Origin: Octopus sinensis
Taxonomy: Eukaryota
Direction: 5' to 3'
Length of the DNA stretch: 64,000 nt
Assembly (NCBI RefSeq): GCF_006345805.1
Contig: NC_043011.1
Span: 50,666,464-50,730,463, forward strand
Made by a program: the position numbers and the translations under genes. Below the pieces are notes generated by a model. It was given only the letters and a program-made list of their open reading frames with translations. It had not been told where the DNA came from and did no database searches. Below are positions 11,374 to 22,147 of this stretch, piece after piece; the first letter of the stretch is position 1; the number at the start of each line of letters is the position of its first letter.

Positions 11374-11886
11374 CTAGCAGTATCGCCCGGCGTTGCTCGG
11401 GTTTGTAAGGGAAATAACTATATAAGCATTTTTAGAGAGTTACTTCCCTTATAGATGCCAATTCGGGCTTTCTTAGCCATTTCTGTTTTGGTGTCTTCGA
11501 GCCATGAAGTCGTTGTTCTAAAAGAATGCTGGTCTCCTTGACAACGCTTTACGACGTTGATTTCTTACACTCCCTTCCCCACAGCTTCACGAGGGAGGGA
11601 AGAAGGGGGAAAAGCAACACAGGTGCAGGTGTGACCATGGACGCCAACTCTGCCGCCATCGACACACGGCAAAATATGCATTAAAATGGAATAAAAAATG
11701 ATGTTAAATTATTTTTAAAATCGTAGACTCATCGTAGACGCGCGCTAATAGCCAGACGGGCTCGATATGAATTACGACTATAAGATACCCGAATTTGGTT
11801 AAACTGCACCACAAAATGTGGGAGTAGTTAGGAATCTAAATCGAAGGGGACAGACACTCACACAACTACAGTTTTATATATATAGA
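11374..11886 (-). mobile_element. Non-autonomous Helitron, complete, 513 bp
   Basis: Minus strand: A|TCTATATATATAAAAC 5' end; 3' hairpin CCCGAGCAACGCCGGG 8 nt before the terminal CTAG|T; inserted between A and T with no TSD; CpGs intact. Confidence 0.85.
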
Positions 11887-12006
11887 TATCAAACAGAAAC
11901 ACCCAGAAAACATTGAATGCTTTTTAACATTAACACAAAAAGTACATTGGAGGTACCTTTAGGTGAACTCATTCTCAGTGTAACCAGCATTGTTTTCTCT
12001 TTGCAG

Positions 12007-12199
12007 GAGTCCTTTTCATTCTGTTTTGTCAAATGGATCTGGTTTCATAGTAAACGAAAATGGTATTATTCTTACAAATGCTCATGTGGTAGCTAACAGA
12101 ACAAATGTTGTTGTTAAATTACATGATGGGAGGAAAATAAATGGTACAGTCTTAATAACAGACCCAGTGTCGGACCTGGCTACAATCAAGATAAATGCT
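12007..12199 (+). CDS. HTRA2: HTRA2 exon 2 (catalytic His and Asp)
   Basis: Acceptor TTTTCTCTTTGCAG|G; SNGSGFIV...TNAHVV (His 12083-85), DLATIKI (Asp 12173-75); donor GCT|GTAGGT, phase 0. Confidence 0.95.
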
Positions 12200-12205
12200 G
12201 TAGGT

Positions 12206-12620
12206 ATTCATTTCATTTCATTTGAGTTTGAGTCCATGCTCAGGCCAAGTCGAAGACTCCACCCTCAGAGTCTGGTGTGGTTGCCAGGTTGTATTCTCTG
12301 TTTAATTTTGACATGTGTAGGAGCGAGTTTGAGTCAGTTTGTGCTCGTTGTGTATATCCTGGGAGATGGGGTTCATCTCTAATGGTGCTTAAGTATCTAT
12401 CCAGCTGCAATTTGAATGATTCCACACTACATTCTGATAGATTTCTGACATATACCGGAATGGAGTTGAATAGTTGTGCTCCTTGAACCAACAGACTTGA
12501 CTCTCGCAGGGTTTTTGCTGCCTGGCCAGCCTTTTTGTTGATTGGTGGTAGCTGGCAGCGTCTTCCGTGGCGCAGGGAGTGGTAGGTTTTGATACCAAAG
12601 TTTGGCACCTTTTGCTCTAC
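12206..12620 (-). mobile_element. CR1-group LINE 3' end, family 2
   Basis: ORF 12240-12623: RHGRRCQLP...VQGAQLFNSIP...FKLQLDRYLSTIRDEP...SNSL, an RT C-terminal pattern; (TGAAA)n tail at 12206-12222. Confidence 0.75.
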
Positions 12621-12651
12621 CATATATAAATATGTTACTGAAGATATTTAA

Positions 12652-12816
12652 CTCTTTCACATTCTCTGTCAAGTGTAATGCTTATTTATTCACATTGCTT
12701 TGAATTAATCATGCATTATCCTGTAACTTCAAAATTTCAATGGTAAAATTGTTCATTTTTTTTATAAAAGAAGTAGAATATTTGGGTCACATATGGTTGG
12801 TTTAAACACTAAAGGG
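12652..12816. mobile_element. piggyBac-like MITE family B (decayed)
   Basis: TTAA-CTCTTT...CACTAAAGGG-CTAA; homologous to 15855-16303 and 37323-37498. Confidence 0.65.
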
Positions 12817-13012
12817 CTAAACTTGAATATTGTCACACTAATTTTGTCTGAGGATGATAGGGCAGTGGTACTCTAACAAATACCACACACCCTCCTAAAA
12901 AAAAAAAGTGAAAAATTTTGTCTCACACCCCTCAGTATACATGACTTTTCGACCTTTGTGTCTATTCTTCAGTCAAGTTTCAATTTCTAAGATTTGAACT
13001 ATTTCACTTTAA

Positions 13013-13360
13013 CCCTTTTGATACCAACCTATCTGAGACTACCTCTGATTCAATGATACAAACTTCTTTGTTTTAAAGTGATTTAGCTGCATTTCATCTG
13101 TCCTTACATTCTCAAGTTCAAATTTCACCATGGTCGACTTTGCCTTTTATCCTTTCAAGGTCAATAAAATAAAGTACCCGTTGTACCGTTGGAATCAACT
13201 TATCCCTTTCCTCTGAAATTACTGGCTTTGTGCCAAAATTTGAAACTAATTCATGTTCCAAACTCTAGCTTAATTATAACTAAGTTTTCTAAATACTTCT
13301 TAATTTTCAAAATCATTTGAAACAAAGGCAGTGTATTGCATCAGAAATATATGAAAAGGG
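13013..13360. mobile_element. piggyBac-like MITE family A with a nested SINE B (~13085-13245)
   Basis: TTAA-CCCTTTTGATACC start, GAAAAGGG-TTAC end; body matches 1911-2132 once the SINE is removed. Confidence 0.7.
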
Positions 13361-13415
13361 TTACGATAACAAAATAAATTTGTTTATGTGTTTTATCTTT
13401 TTTGATATCTTTCAG

Positions 13416-13610
13416 TCCAAACTGCCTGTCTTGAAACTGGGAAAGTCAGAGTCTCTACGGACAGGTGAATGGGTAATAGCAATGGGAAGCCCCTTTTCTC
13501 TAGCAAACACTGTCACATCAGGAATTGTAAGCACACCATTGAGAGGCAGTGAAGAGCTGGGACTCCATCATCAGAACATGTCCTATATACAGACAGATGC
13601 TGTCATAAAC
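13416..13610 (+). CDS. HTRA2: HTRA2 exon 3
   Basis: Acceptor TCTTTCAG; [39 protein letters not shown]...YIQTDAVIN; donor AAC|GTAAGC; 195 nt, phase 0-0. Confidence 0.95.
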
Positions 13611-13895
13611 GTAAGCTTGTTATTGCTGTCTTGTAATTTCCACAACAATGACAGAGAAATATTTTTATTGGTTTTCTTCATTCCAGGTTTCCAGTTGACC
13701 CAGTCATGAATTTACTGTGTTTTTAATGATGAGGGTGACAAAGGATAATGTATGGTAGAGCGAATTTCAGAATAGCTTTTCATTTCTCTTGACAATATTC
13801 ACATCCTTCAAAGAGGGGCATGTGTCTTCTACTCATGAGGCTTTAGTCAGCCTCATGAGTAGATTTGGTAGATGGAAACTGAAAGAAGCCCATCA

Positions 13896-13926
<31 letters not shown>

Positions 13927-14569
13927 GAGAGAGGATATGGAGATACATATATATATATGTGTGTGTGTGTGTCTGTATTCATCCTCACCACCACTTGACA
14001 ACCCAGTGTTGGAGTATTTACATCCCTGTAATTTAGCAGTTCTGCAAAAGAGACTGATAGAATGGGTACCAGGCTTAAAAAATAAATTCTGGGGTCGATT
14101 CATTTGACTAAAATTAACTAAAATGTGTGTGTGTGTCTGTTTATACACACACACACACACACATATGAGAAAATGAGATGACAACATTTTCTTATTACCA
14201 CTCTTTACTCAACTAATCCTTTGTTCTGAAGTATATGAAAATTGAGTTTTACACCAAGTGTGTATATATTTATGTGGGTGTGTATACATAGGTGCAGGCA
14301 TGGCTATGTGGTTAAGACAAAGAAAGAGAGATGTAACAGATGCTTACACACACACACACATATACGCATATATGATGGACTTTTTTCAGTTTCTGTTTCT
14401 CAAGTCCTCTTGTAAGGTTTTGGTTGCACCAGAGCTATAGCAGAGAACACTTGCCCAAGGTGCCATGCAGTGGATCAGTTTTGAAACAAACTTCTTCCTA
14501 CACAGCCATGCATGTGCCTCTGTGTGTGTTTGCGTGTGTGTGTGTGTGTGTGTTGTGTGTGTGTGTGTA

Positions 14570-15620
14570 AGGTGTCAGAAGAAACTCCATATGGTGTACT
14601 CAGTGCAAGCTATGTACACACAAGAGGTGCGGTGGTATCACTGAATGACTAACAGAGAAAGTATTTTTACATGTGACAGATGTGCAGGTACATTAAACAA
14701 CAGGATTGTACAAAAAATAGATTCCTTCATGTCAGGGAGGATCCTTAGAAATAGTAGACAATTTCTGTTACGTAGGTGATCAAGTTAGTAGTGTTGGAGG
14801 TTGTTCTGAAAGCATAGCTGCTAGTATACGAATAGGCTACAGAAAATTTAAAGAGCTACTATCTCTGTTAGTTAATGAAGTGCCTCTCCCTCAAAGTGAA
14901 ACTCAGATCGTATGATTCCTGTGTACAAACAGCTGTGCTACATGACAGTGAGACATGGGCTGTGACTACTGAGGATATGTGAAGGCTTAAAAGAAATGAA
15001 GCTAGTATGCTCTGCTGGATGGGTAATGTCAGTGTGCATATATGACAGAGTGTAAGTGATTTGAGATAAAAATTGGGTATGTGAATCATCAGATGTAGTG
15101 TGCAGGAGAGAAGACTGTGCTGGTATGGTCATGTGATGCATATGGATGAAGACAATGGGATAAAGAAGTGCCAATCCCTAATTGTGGAGAGAATGTGTGG
15201 AAGGGTTTGACCCAGGAAGATATGGGACAGTGGTGAGAAAGGATCATCAGACATTGGGCCTCACAGAGGGGATGATAGGAGACCAAGACAAATTGCTATT
15301 TGCTGTGTTTGAGAAGACGCATCAAGTTAAATAAAATCAAGGTTGTCCTTGCATACAGGTATGTCTCCTGCATCCCTCTCCAATTGAGCATTCCTAATCT
15401 TGCAGGCTCCTGGGTGCTGGTGCCATGTAAAAAGCACCTGTGCTGGTGCTGTGTAAAATCACCCAGTACATTCTGTAAAGTGGTTAGTGTTAGAAAAGGC
15501 ATCCGGCTGTAGAAACCATGCCAAAACAGACAAGGAATCTGGGCAGCTCTTCAGCTGCCCAGCTCCTGTCAAACTGTCCAACCCATGCTAGCATGGAAAA
15601 TGGCCGTTAAATGATGATGT
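14570..15620 (+). mobile_element. Decayed RTE-clade LINE: RT C-terminus, 3'UTR and (ATG)n tail
   Basis: Broken frames read NSIWCTQCKLCTHKRC, LEIVDNFCYVGD, VLHDSETWAV, RRLCWYGHVMHM; ends GGAAAATGGCCGTTAAATGATGATG, the family R end. Confidence 0.8.
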
Positions 15621-15838
15621 ATAAAGGCAGGCTTCTGTAATTTCCTTTTACCAAGCCCTACTGTCCATGATTATGGTAGAAGATACTTTGCCAAGGAACT
15701 GCACACTGGGACAAAATCAAGACCACATACTGCAAAGCAAACTTGTTAACCATAAGTAACAATAAGAAGTGGTAAACTCCTCTGTGTACTGAGAAAAATC
15801 TGGTTTTCCTTCATGGCTGGTGTATTTACATTATATCT
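15376..15838 (+). repeat. 463-bp direct duplication, copy 1 (HTRA2 intron 3)
   Basis: About 5 substitutions versus 27826-28288 at a constant offset of 12450. Confidence 0.9.
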
Positions 15839-15854
15839 GATAATATACTCTTAA

Positions 15855-16303
15855 CTCTTTATATTCAGATTACGCTATCAAATGTAATGCTTATTTATTC
15901 ACATTGTTTTGAATTAATCATTTGTTATCCTGAAGCTTTGAGATTTCAATAAGACTTTATTTTTAGATTGACATTGTAGATAATAATGAAATTATTGTAT
16001 ACAGTGCTCAGGTGCACCACAACTTGTCAGAAAGTGCATATAAAGTACATGCAGTAATGTAGAAATGTCTGGAAAGTGAACAGTGTATGAGTCAGATACA
16101 TGCTTGTGTGTGTATGGAGGGGAGAAAATCAAGTGTAGTGTTGGCGAATCTCAGGAAGCATGGAAGTTTTGAAGGATGCAGTGCTCCGACAACTAACCTT
16201 TGAAGGATGCTGTGCTCCGACAACTAGAGTAGGTGTGAGTGGCCAATTGAACATAAAAAGAAAATGATTTGGGCTATTTAAGGCCAAATTAAATGCTAAA
16301 GGG
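15855..16303. mobile_element. piggyBac-like MITE family B interrupted by CR1 (15981-16224)
   Basis: TTAA at 15851-54 and 16304-07; TIR CTCTTTATATT / AATGCTAAAGGG. Confidence 0.75.
15981..16224 (-). mobile_element. 5'-truncated CR1 family 1 copy
   Basis: Nearly identical to 10566-10790; TAGA on both sides (15977-80, 16225-28); ~28-bp tandem duplication at its 5' end. Confidence 0.8.
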
Positions 16304-16625
16304 TTAAAAAGCAGTATGAATATCACAACACCTCATACCTCCAACATTTCCAAGAAATAGGTCACATTTGAGCCAGGTGGCTATCCCTCTAACAGCTGTT
16401 CTTAAGTTACTAGAAATAGCAGTCAAATCCTCCTTGAACCCTGTTATGGTGTTTTATAAAAATAGAAGGCAAGTCCTGATCCCAGACACAACATATATAA
16501 GCCTTCTTTATCCGATGTGTCCCTCAATTCTGAAGTCAATAATGTGTAGTGTAATATCATTTAGTTGCTATCTCTACAGTTCAAGCATCCATGTTGTTTA
16601 GCCTCAGGTCAACCTTGATTGAGTA

Positions 16626-16674
<49 letters not shown>

Positions 16675-16675
<1 letters not shown>

Positions 16676-16860
16676 ATCATCATCGTTTAAACGTCCGTTC
16701 TCCATGCTAGCATGGGTTGGACGGTTCGACCGGGGATCTGGGAAGCCAGAAGGCTGCACCAGGCTCCAGTCTTATCTGGCAATGTTTCTACAGCTGGATG
16801 CCCTTCCTAATGCCAACCACTCCGTGAGTGTAGTGGGTGCTTTATACGTGCCACCTGCAC
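16675..16860 (-). mobile_element. Family R short copy
   Basis: About 98% identical, inverted, to 21243-21430; same truncation at CCACCTGCAC. Confidence 0.85.
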
Positions 16861-17211
16861 GTATATATATATATATAGAGAGAGAGAGAATGACATTCCA
16901 GTTATGGTCAGTCACTTTTCTATAAGTCCCTAGGTATTTCCCTAGTGTGTTCTTTCTTGTTTATGAAGCTGGAATGTGATTTAAGCCTGAATGTGTTATT
17001 TGTAGTAGGTTCACCAACCACATACAGTCACCATTGCTGGTTTATTGTTGCATTCTTTCTTTCCGTTTGTCAATCTACATATCTTCTATCTATCTCACTG
17101 TCTTTCTCTCTTTCTCTCTCTCAGATGATATAAATGTTGATTGGCTGATTCCTAGTCATGCGTTACTTCATATAGACAGAATAAAAAAAAAGAGATAGAG
17201 AGAGAGTCAAT

Positions 17212-17440
17212 ATCATCATCATCATCATCATCGTTTAATGTCCGCTTTCCATGCTAGCATGGGTTGGACGATTTGACTGAGGTCTGGCGAACCAGATGGC
17301 TGCACCAGACCCCAATCTGATCTGGCAGAGTTTCTACATCTGGGTGCCTTCCTAATGCCAACCACTCTGAGAGTGTAGTGGGTGCTTTTACGTGCCACCA
17401 GCACGAGGGCCAGTCAGGTGGTACTGGCAACAACCACGCT
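17212..17440 (-). mobile_element. Family R copy (different subfamily)
   Basis: (CAT)n tail, CCATGCTAGCATGGGTTGGACG, CTTCCTAATGCCAACC. Confidence 0.75.
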
Positions 17441-17688
17441 CAATGCAAAATGAGCCTCTTATAATTTTGTGAAAGATGCATAATTTTTTAACTAAAATTT
17501 TATAGTGATAGGTTCTCAGTGGAGTAGATTGCAATTATGTTGATAAAAATTTAGAAAAAATCATAACATATATTTAAAGAAATATACAAATGAGAAATTT
17601 ATTTTACTGAAAGATAGATAATTGATGTTAGTATTTTGTTTTGTTCCTGTATTTTTAATTTATTTTAAAAATCTTTTATACTTTCTAG

Positions 17689-17721
17689 TTTGGCAATTCT
17701 GGTGGACCCTTGATCAATCTG
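17689..17721 (+). CDS. HTRA2: HTRA2 exon 4, 33-nt micro-exon with catalytic Ser
   Basis: CTTTCTAG|TTT GGC AAT TCT GGT GGA CCC TTG ATC AAT CTG|GTGAGT = FGNSGGPLINL; Ser at 17698-17700; not in the ORF track. Confidence 0.95.
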
Positions 17722-17986
17722 GTGAGTTTTATTGTAATTTTTTAATTAGCTATGAAAATAACACTGGTCAACAAAGAATTTGTCCCAAGAAAAAGAATAT
17801 ATGTATCATGTTTTTTGCATGTAGAATTCAAAAATTAAGTCAAAATATCTGTATCACCCACAGTTTCTCTGCTCCACGATATCTCTCTCAGTTCCTGTTA
17901 CGTGGACTAAATTTCAGTTAAGCTGTTGAAATGTGAAGCTTCTGGTTTAAGAAATACTCCTAATTTAAATGTTTATGAATAGAATT

Positions 17987-18097
17987 AACCTGACACTGCA
18001 TCCTTTAAGGCCCTCATGCTTTCCGAAATCCGCCGAAACTACACCTGATTATATATACACTTTAGATGAGTTGTAGTGCACCTGAGCACTGTACACA

Positions 18098-18128
<31 letters not shown>
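17987..18128 (+). mobile_element. Short CR1 family 1 3' end
   Basis: TASFKALMLSEIRRNYT* followed by 3'UTR and (ATT)n. Confidence 0.75.
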
Positions 18129-18131
<3 letters not shown>

Positions 18132-18149
18132 AAATCATAAATCTAGCTA

Positions 18150-19150
18150 TGAGTCACTGAAGTTTGGCAAACACTGAGTCAATGAGTCACTGAAGCTTGG
18201 CAAGCACTGAGTCAATGAGTCACCGATGCTTTATGAGTACTGTGCTTGAAGTGTAGGTGTGCGGTTGTGTACTAAGTTCACGTTTTCCATTCACCTTCAT
18301 AATGCCAAGAAACTGTATAAACATTGCCAACAACTTTTGCTATATTTGGGATAACTTAACATTCAAGTCACAAAGACATTTAACACCATTGATTAAAAAG
18401 TGTTGTGTAACCAGTGTCAGGCTGCTCACTGCATGGGCCAAAGGTTCCTGCCATATATCTTTTGCCATCCCTATGATTTGGAGAGAGCCTAAAGATCACA
18501 CTTCAGATTGCTACTTCTGCATGACAAATATACAAGGTATAACATCAAAATCCAAGCATACTGTAAAATATTTTAATTTACAATCTGCTATGAAACCAGT
18601 ACTTCGTAGTCAACACTTACCTGTACCTGACCCTCCAAAACAAATGACACTTAGTGACAAGTCAAGAGATGAAGATTTGGAGAAAGAAACAGAAACATGG
18701 ACTTTGAGCCTATCTGTTTTTCAAGTGAATCACATTTGTTGAGTCAGGGAGATCTGAATGATTTTGTGCAGGATTTAAACTTGTCGAAAAAGCAAGCTGA
18801 ACTTCTTGGTTCCAGTTTAAAGAACTGGAATCTTCTCCAGAAAGAAACCAAAGTTAGTTTTTATCGTGCTCCACATTGTAATTTTGCAAATTTTTTCTCA
18901 CTTGAGGATGGTGTGGTATTTTGTAATGATGTATATTCTGTTATGAAGGAACTTAACCACAAATATAGCACGAATGAGCAGCGCTTGTTTATTGACTCCT
19001 CAAAAGTAAGCTTGAAAGCAGCTTTACTCCACAATGGAAATAAGTTTCCTTCTGCAGCTAACATGAAGGAAAATATTAAGCAGTCTTTGTGAAAATATGA
19101 TTGTTGAAAATCCTAATTTACCATATTCACCACCTCTGACATCAAATTTT
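18150..19150 (+). pseudogene. DNA transposase relic, probably Chapaev3-like (CMC superfamily)
   Basis: ATG 18302 MPRNC..NFCYI; WREPKDHTSDCYFC Zn-finger-like motif; second frame DLNLSKKQAELLGS...RLFIDSSKVSLKAALLHNGNKFPS; frameshift ~18720; truncated; 33-bp tandem repeat upstream (18151-18222). Superfamily assigned from motif recall. Confidence 0.65.
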
Positions 19151-19269
19151 ATAACATCTGTAAAATTTACACCTGCAATACTGCGACACTACCTCAAGAA
19201 TAAGTGCAACCATTTCTGCTGGTCTTGACGGTGTTACTTATCTACTTCTCAAACACAGCGAGTTCTTTC

Positions 19270-20975
19270 TTTTGCATCGGCTTTCATTCTTCTTCCAATT
19301 CTGCCTTACTACCTATGTCACTCCAGAGCAGTGGAAAATTGCCAGCATCATTTCCCTGTTCAAAAAGGATGATCACAAATCATATGTCAACTCCTATTCA
19401 GTCAGTCTTATTAGTTGCATCACCAAACTGATAGTCCTGTGTCAGAGAAACACTCTGGAACTTCTGGAACTCACACAGCTTTATTTGACCCTCACAATTT
19501 GAATTTATCCCTAACTCCAACTATTACTGCCAACTCATCAAGTTTCTTGAAGACATTATCCAAATCACTGATTGGCTGTTGTCTATCTTAACTTTGCTAA
19601 AGCCTTCAATTTTATGCTACACAAACGATTTATGGTGAAAGATGATCTTTATAACTGATAGTCCTGTGTCAGGGAAACACTCTGGAACTTCTGGAACTCA
19701 CCCAGCTTTATTTGACCCTCACAATTTGAATTTATCCCTAACTCCAACTATTACAGCCAACTCATCAAGTTTCTTGAAGACATTATCCAAATCACTGATG
19801 GGAGCTCATGGTTGGCTGTTGTCTATCTTAACTTTGCTAAAGCCTTCAATTTTATGCTACACAAACGATTTATGGTGAAAGATGATCTTTATAACTGGTT
19901 GAAGTCCTTCATTCTCAGTTGAATAGAGGTAGTTATGGTTCTAGGACAGCATTCTTCACCCTATGAGATGACATCTGGTGTATTATTGGGATCCATTCTT
20001 AGACCCCTATTTTTGCATTTAATTTAATTAACGACACAAATGCCAATTTGAAGAATGTTACAGTGTTGAAATATGCAGATGACATCAATGTTGGGATAAA
20101 AAAAAACAGATTCTATATGCAATTATGGATCTTTTCTGGACACAATGTAGCAATGGATTACTGACTGATAACTCAAACTGGCTGTGGATAAGCATACCAT
20201 TATACATTTTGGAAAGGAAAACCCAGCTTTTACATATTCCCTCTATAACACCAATCTTAAGAAGTCTGCATGTGAATGTAACTGGGGCATTATTGTCAAC
20301 GGTGATTTCTAAAATTGTCAAGAAGGCCAAGGGTAACTTAGCATCATGCAGTAAAACCTGTCAGCTGCTCTCCAGCTATCTATTTAAAGCTGTATATAGC
20401 TATGGTATGTCCACACTTTTTGCATCACCAGTCTAGAACCCCTATCTTGCTCAGCATATCAATCACATGGAAACTATCCAGAAATGTGCAACCAGACAAA
20501 TACCTACCATCAGGCATCTGCCATACTCTGAATGTCTTGCTTCTCTGGGCATAAGCACATTAAAGCTCCCTCTGGCAACTGACTTGGTTGATACCCACAA
20601 AATTATCCACCATCTTTCCAACAACAACCTTGGGCACTATTTGAATTCCATATGTTTAATACTCATGAACATGCTTACAAAACCAAACAACAACACAGCA
20701 CCCATGACTTTTGGAAACATTTTTTCATTTCTCAGAATTGCTGTAACAGAATAAACTACTTGCATCAGTAGTTGGTTGTTGGGACACAGCATTCTTCAAA
20801 TCTTCCATGCTTCCTGAAATTTGCCAATAGTACACCTGATGTCACCCCCAATTTATTTATTTTTCTTTCTTTTACGACTTATTCTATTCATGCACTTTCG
20901 GCTCCTTTTCTGAGTTGTAGTGCACCTGAGCACCGTATACAATAACTTCGTTATATCATCATCATTATTACTATT
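19270..20975 (+). mobile_element. Decayed CR1 family 1, RT domain to 3' tail, with an internal ~230-bp tandem duplication
   Basis: PEQWKIASIISLFKKDD (RT start); 19428-19656 repeated at 19657-19898; KYADDI remnant ~20068; 3'UTR AGTTGTAGTGCACCTGAGCAC at ~20913. Confidence 0.75.
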
Positions 20976-21242
20976 ACTACAATTAAGACAGCCAGCTGGC
21001 AGAATTGTTGGTACACCAGACAAAATGCCAAGTAGCATTTTGTCTGTCTCTATGTTCTGTCTCTGTGTTGTGAGGATCGACTTTGCCTTTCATCCTTTCA
21101 GGGTTGATAAAATAAGTACCAGTTGAGCGCTAGAGTTAATGTGATCAACATATCCCCTTCCTCAAACTTGTTGGCCTTGTGCCAAAATTTGAAATCATCT
21201 TTATTACAACAACTATTAAATTCAAATTTAAATTCATTGAAT

Positions 21243-21430
21243 GTGCAGGTGGCACGTAAGAGGCACCCACTACACTCACGGAGTGGTTGGCATTAGGAAG
21301 GGCATCCAGCTGTAGAAACATTGCCAGATAAGACTGGAGCCTGGTGCAGCCTTCTGGCTTCCCAGATCCCCGGTCGAACCGTCCAACCCATGCTAGCATG
21401 GAGAACGGACGTTAAACGATGATGATGATG
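21243..21430 (+). mobile_element. Family R short copy, inverted partner of 16675-16860
   Basis: Direct comparison shows 1 indel and 3 substitutions. Confidence 0.85.
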
Positions 21431-21552
21431 AAGAGAAAAATATTGTCAGTTTTTTTTATAAAAAAAAAGATACAACTTAATGAAAAACAATTGAAACTGA
21501 ATCTTTGATGACATTTAAAAAATTGAGTTGATTCTTCTGTTGTTATTTTCAG

Positions 21553-21670
21553 GATGGCGAAGTTATTGGCATCAATACACTCAAAGTCACTACAGGAATC
21601 TCGTTTGCCATTCCTAGTGACTATGCAAAGAAGTTTCTTTTAAAAACTGAACAGTTTCTGTCTAATACAC
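21553..21670 (+). CDS. HTRA2: HTRA2 exon 5
   Basis: TTATTTTCAG|GATGGC; [29 protein letters not shown]...; donor AC|GTAAGA, phase 1. Confidence 0.95.
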
Positions 21671-22147
21671 GTAAGATGTTATTGTTGTTATTTATCTGCA
21701 TGTCAATCCTGAATGATTAGAACTATGATCAAATGCTTTCCAGCTATGACCATCCTGTCTTTTTTCTCAGACATTGCATGTCTAAAACTACATTGTACAG
21801 TATGCCTGATTTCTAATTTCACTGAGGTCAATGTTACTATTTATTCTTTCATGTTGGCCAGTACTGTCTGAGTGGTATTTGATAAATGGAAACTTGTGAC
21901 CAAGCTTATATATATATATTTTTTTACTTGTTTCAGTCATTTGACTGTGGCCATGCTGAAGCACCGCCTTTAGTCGAGTAAATCGACACCAGGACTTATT
22001 CTTTGTAAGCCTAGTACTTATTCTTTCGGTCTCTTTTGCCGAACCGCTAGGTTACGGAGACGTAAACACACCAGCATCGGTTGTCAAGCGATGTTGGGGG
22101 ACAAACGCAAAGATATACACATACATGCATATCTATATATATATATA

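Noticed and set aside
12200-12382. Continuation of ORF 11990-12382 past exon 2
   Set aside because: Reads into the intron and the antisense LINE; the phase of exon 3 fixes the donor at 12199
12930-12975. Minus-strand CTGAAGA...GGTCGAAAAG hammerhead-like match
   Set aside because: No valid stem III or NUH triplet, so likely chance
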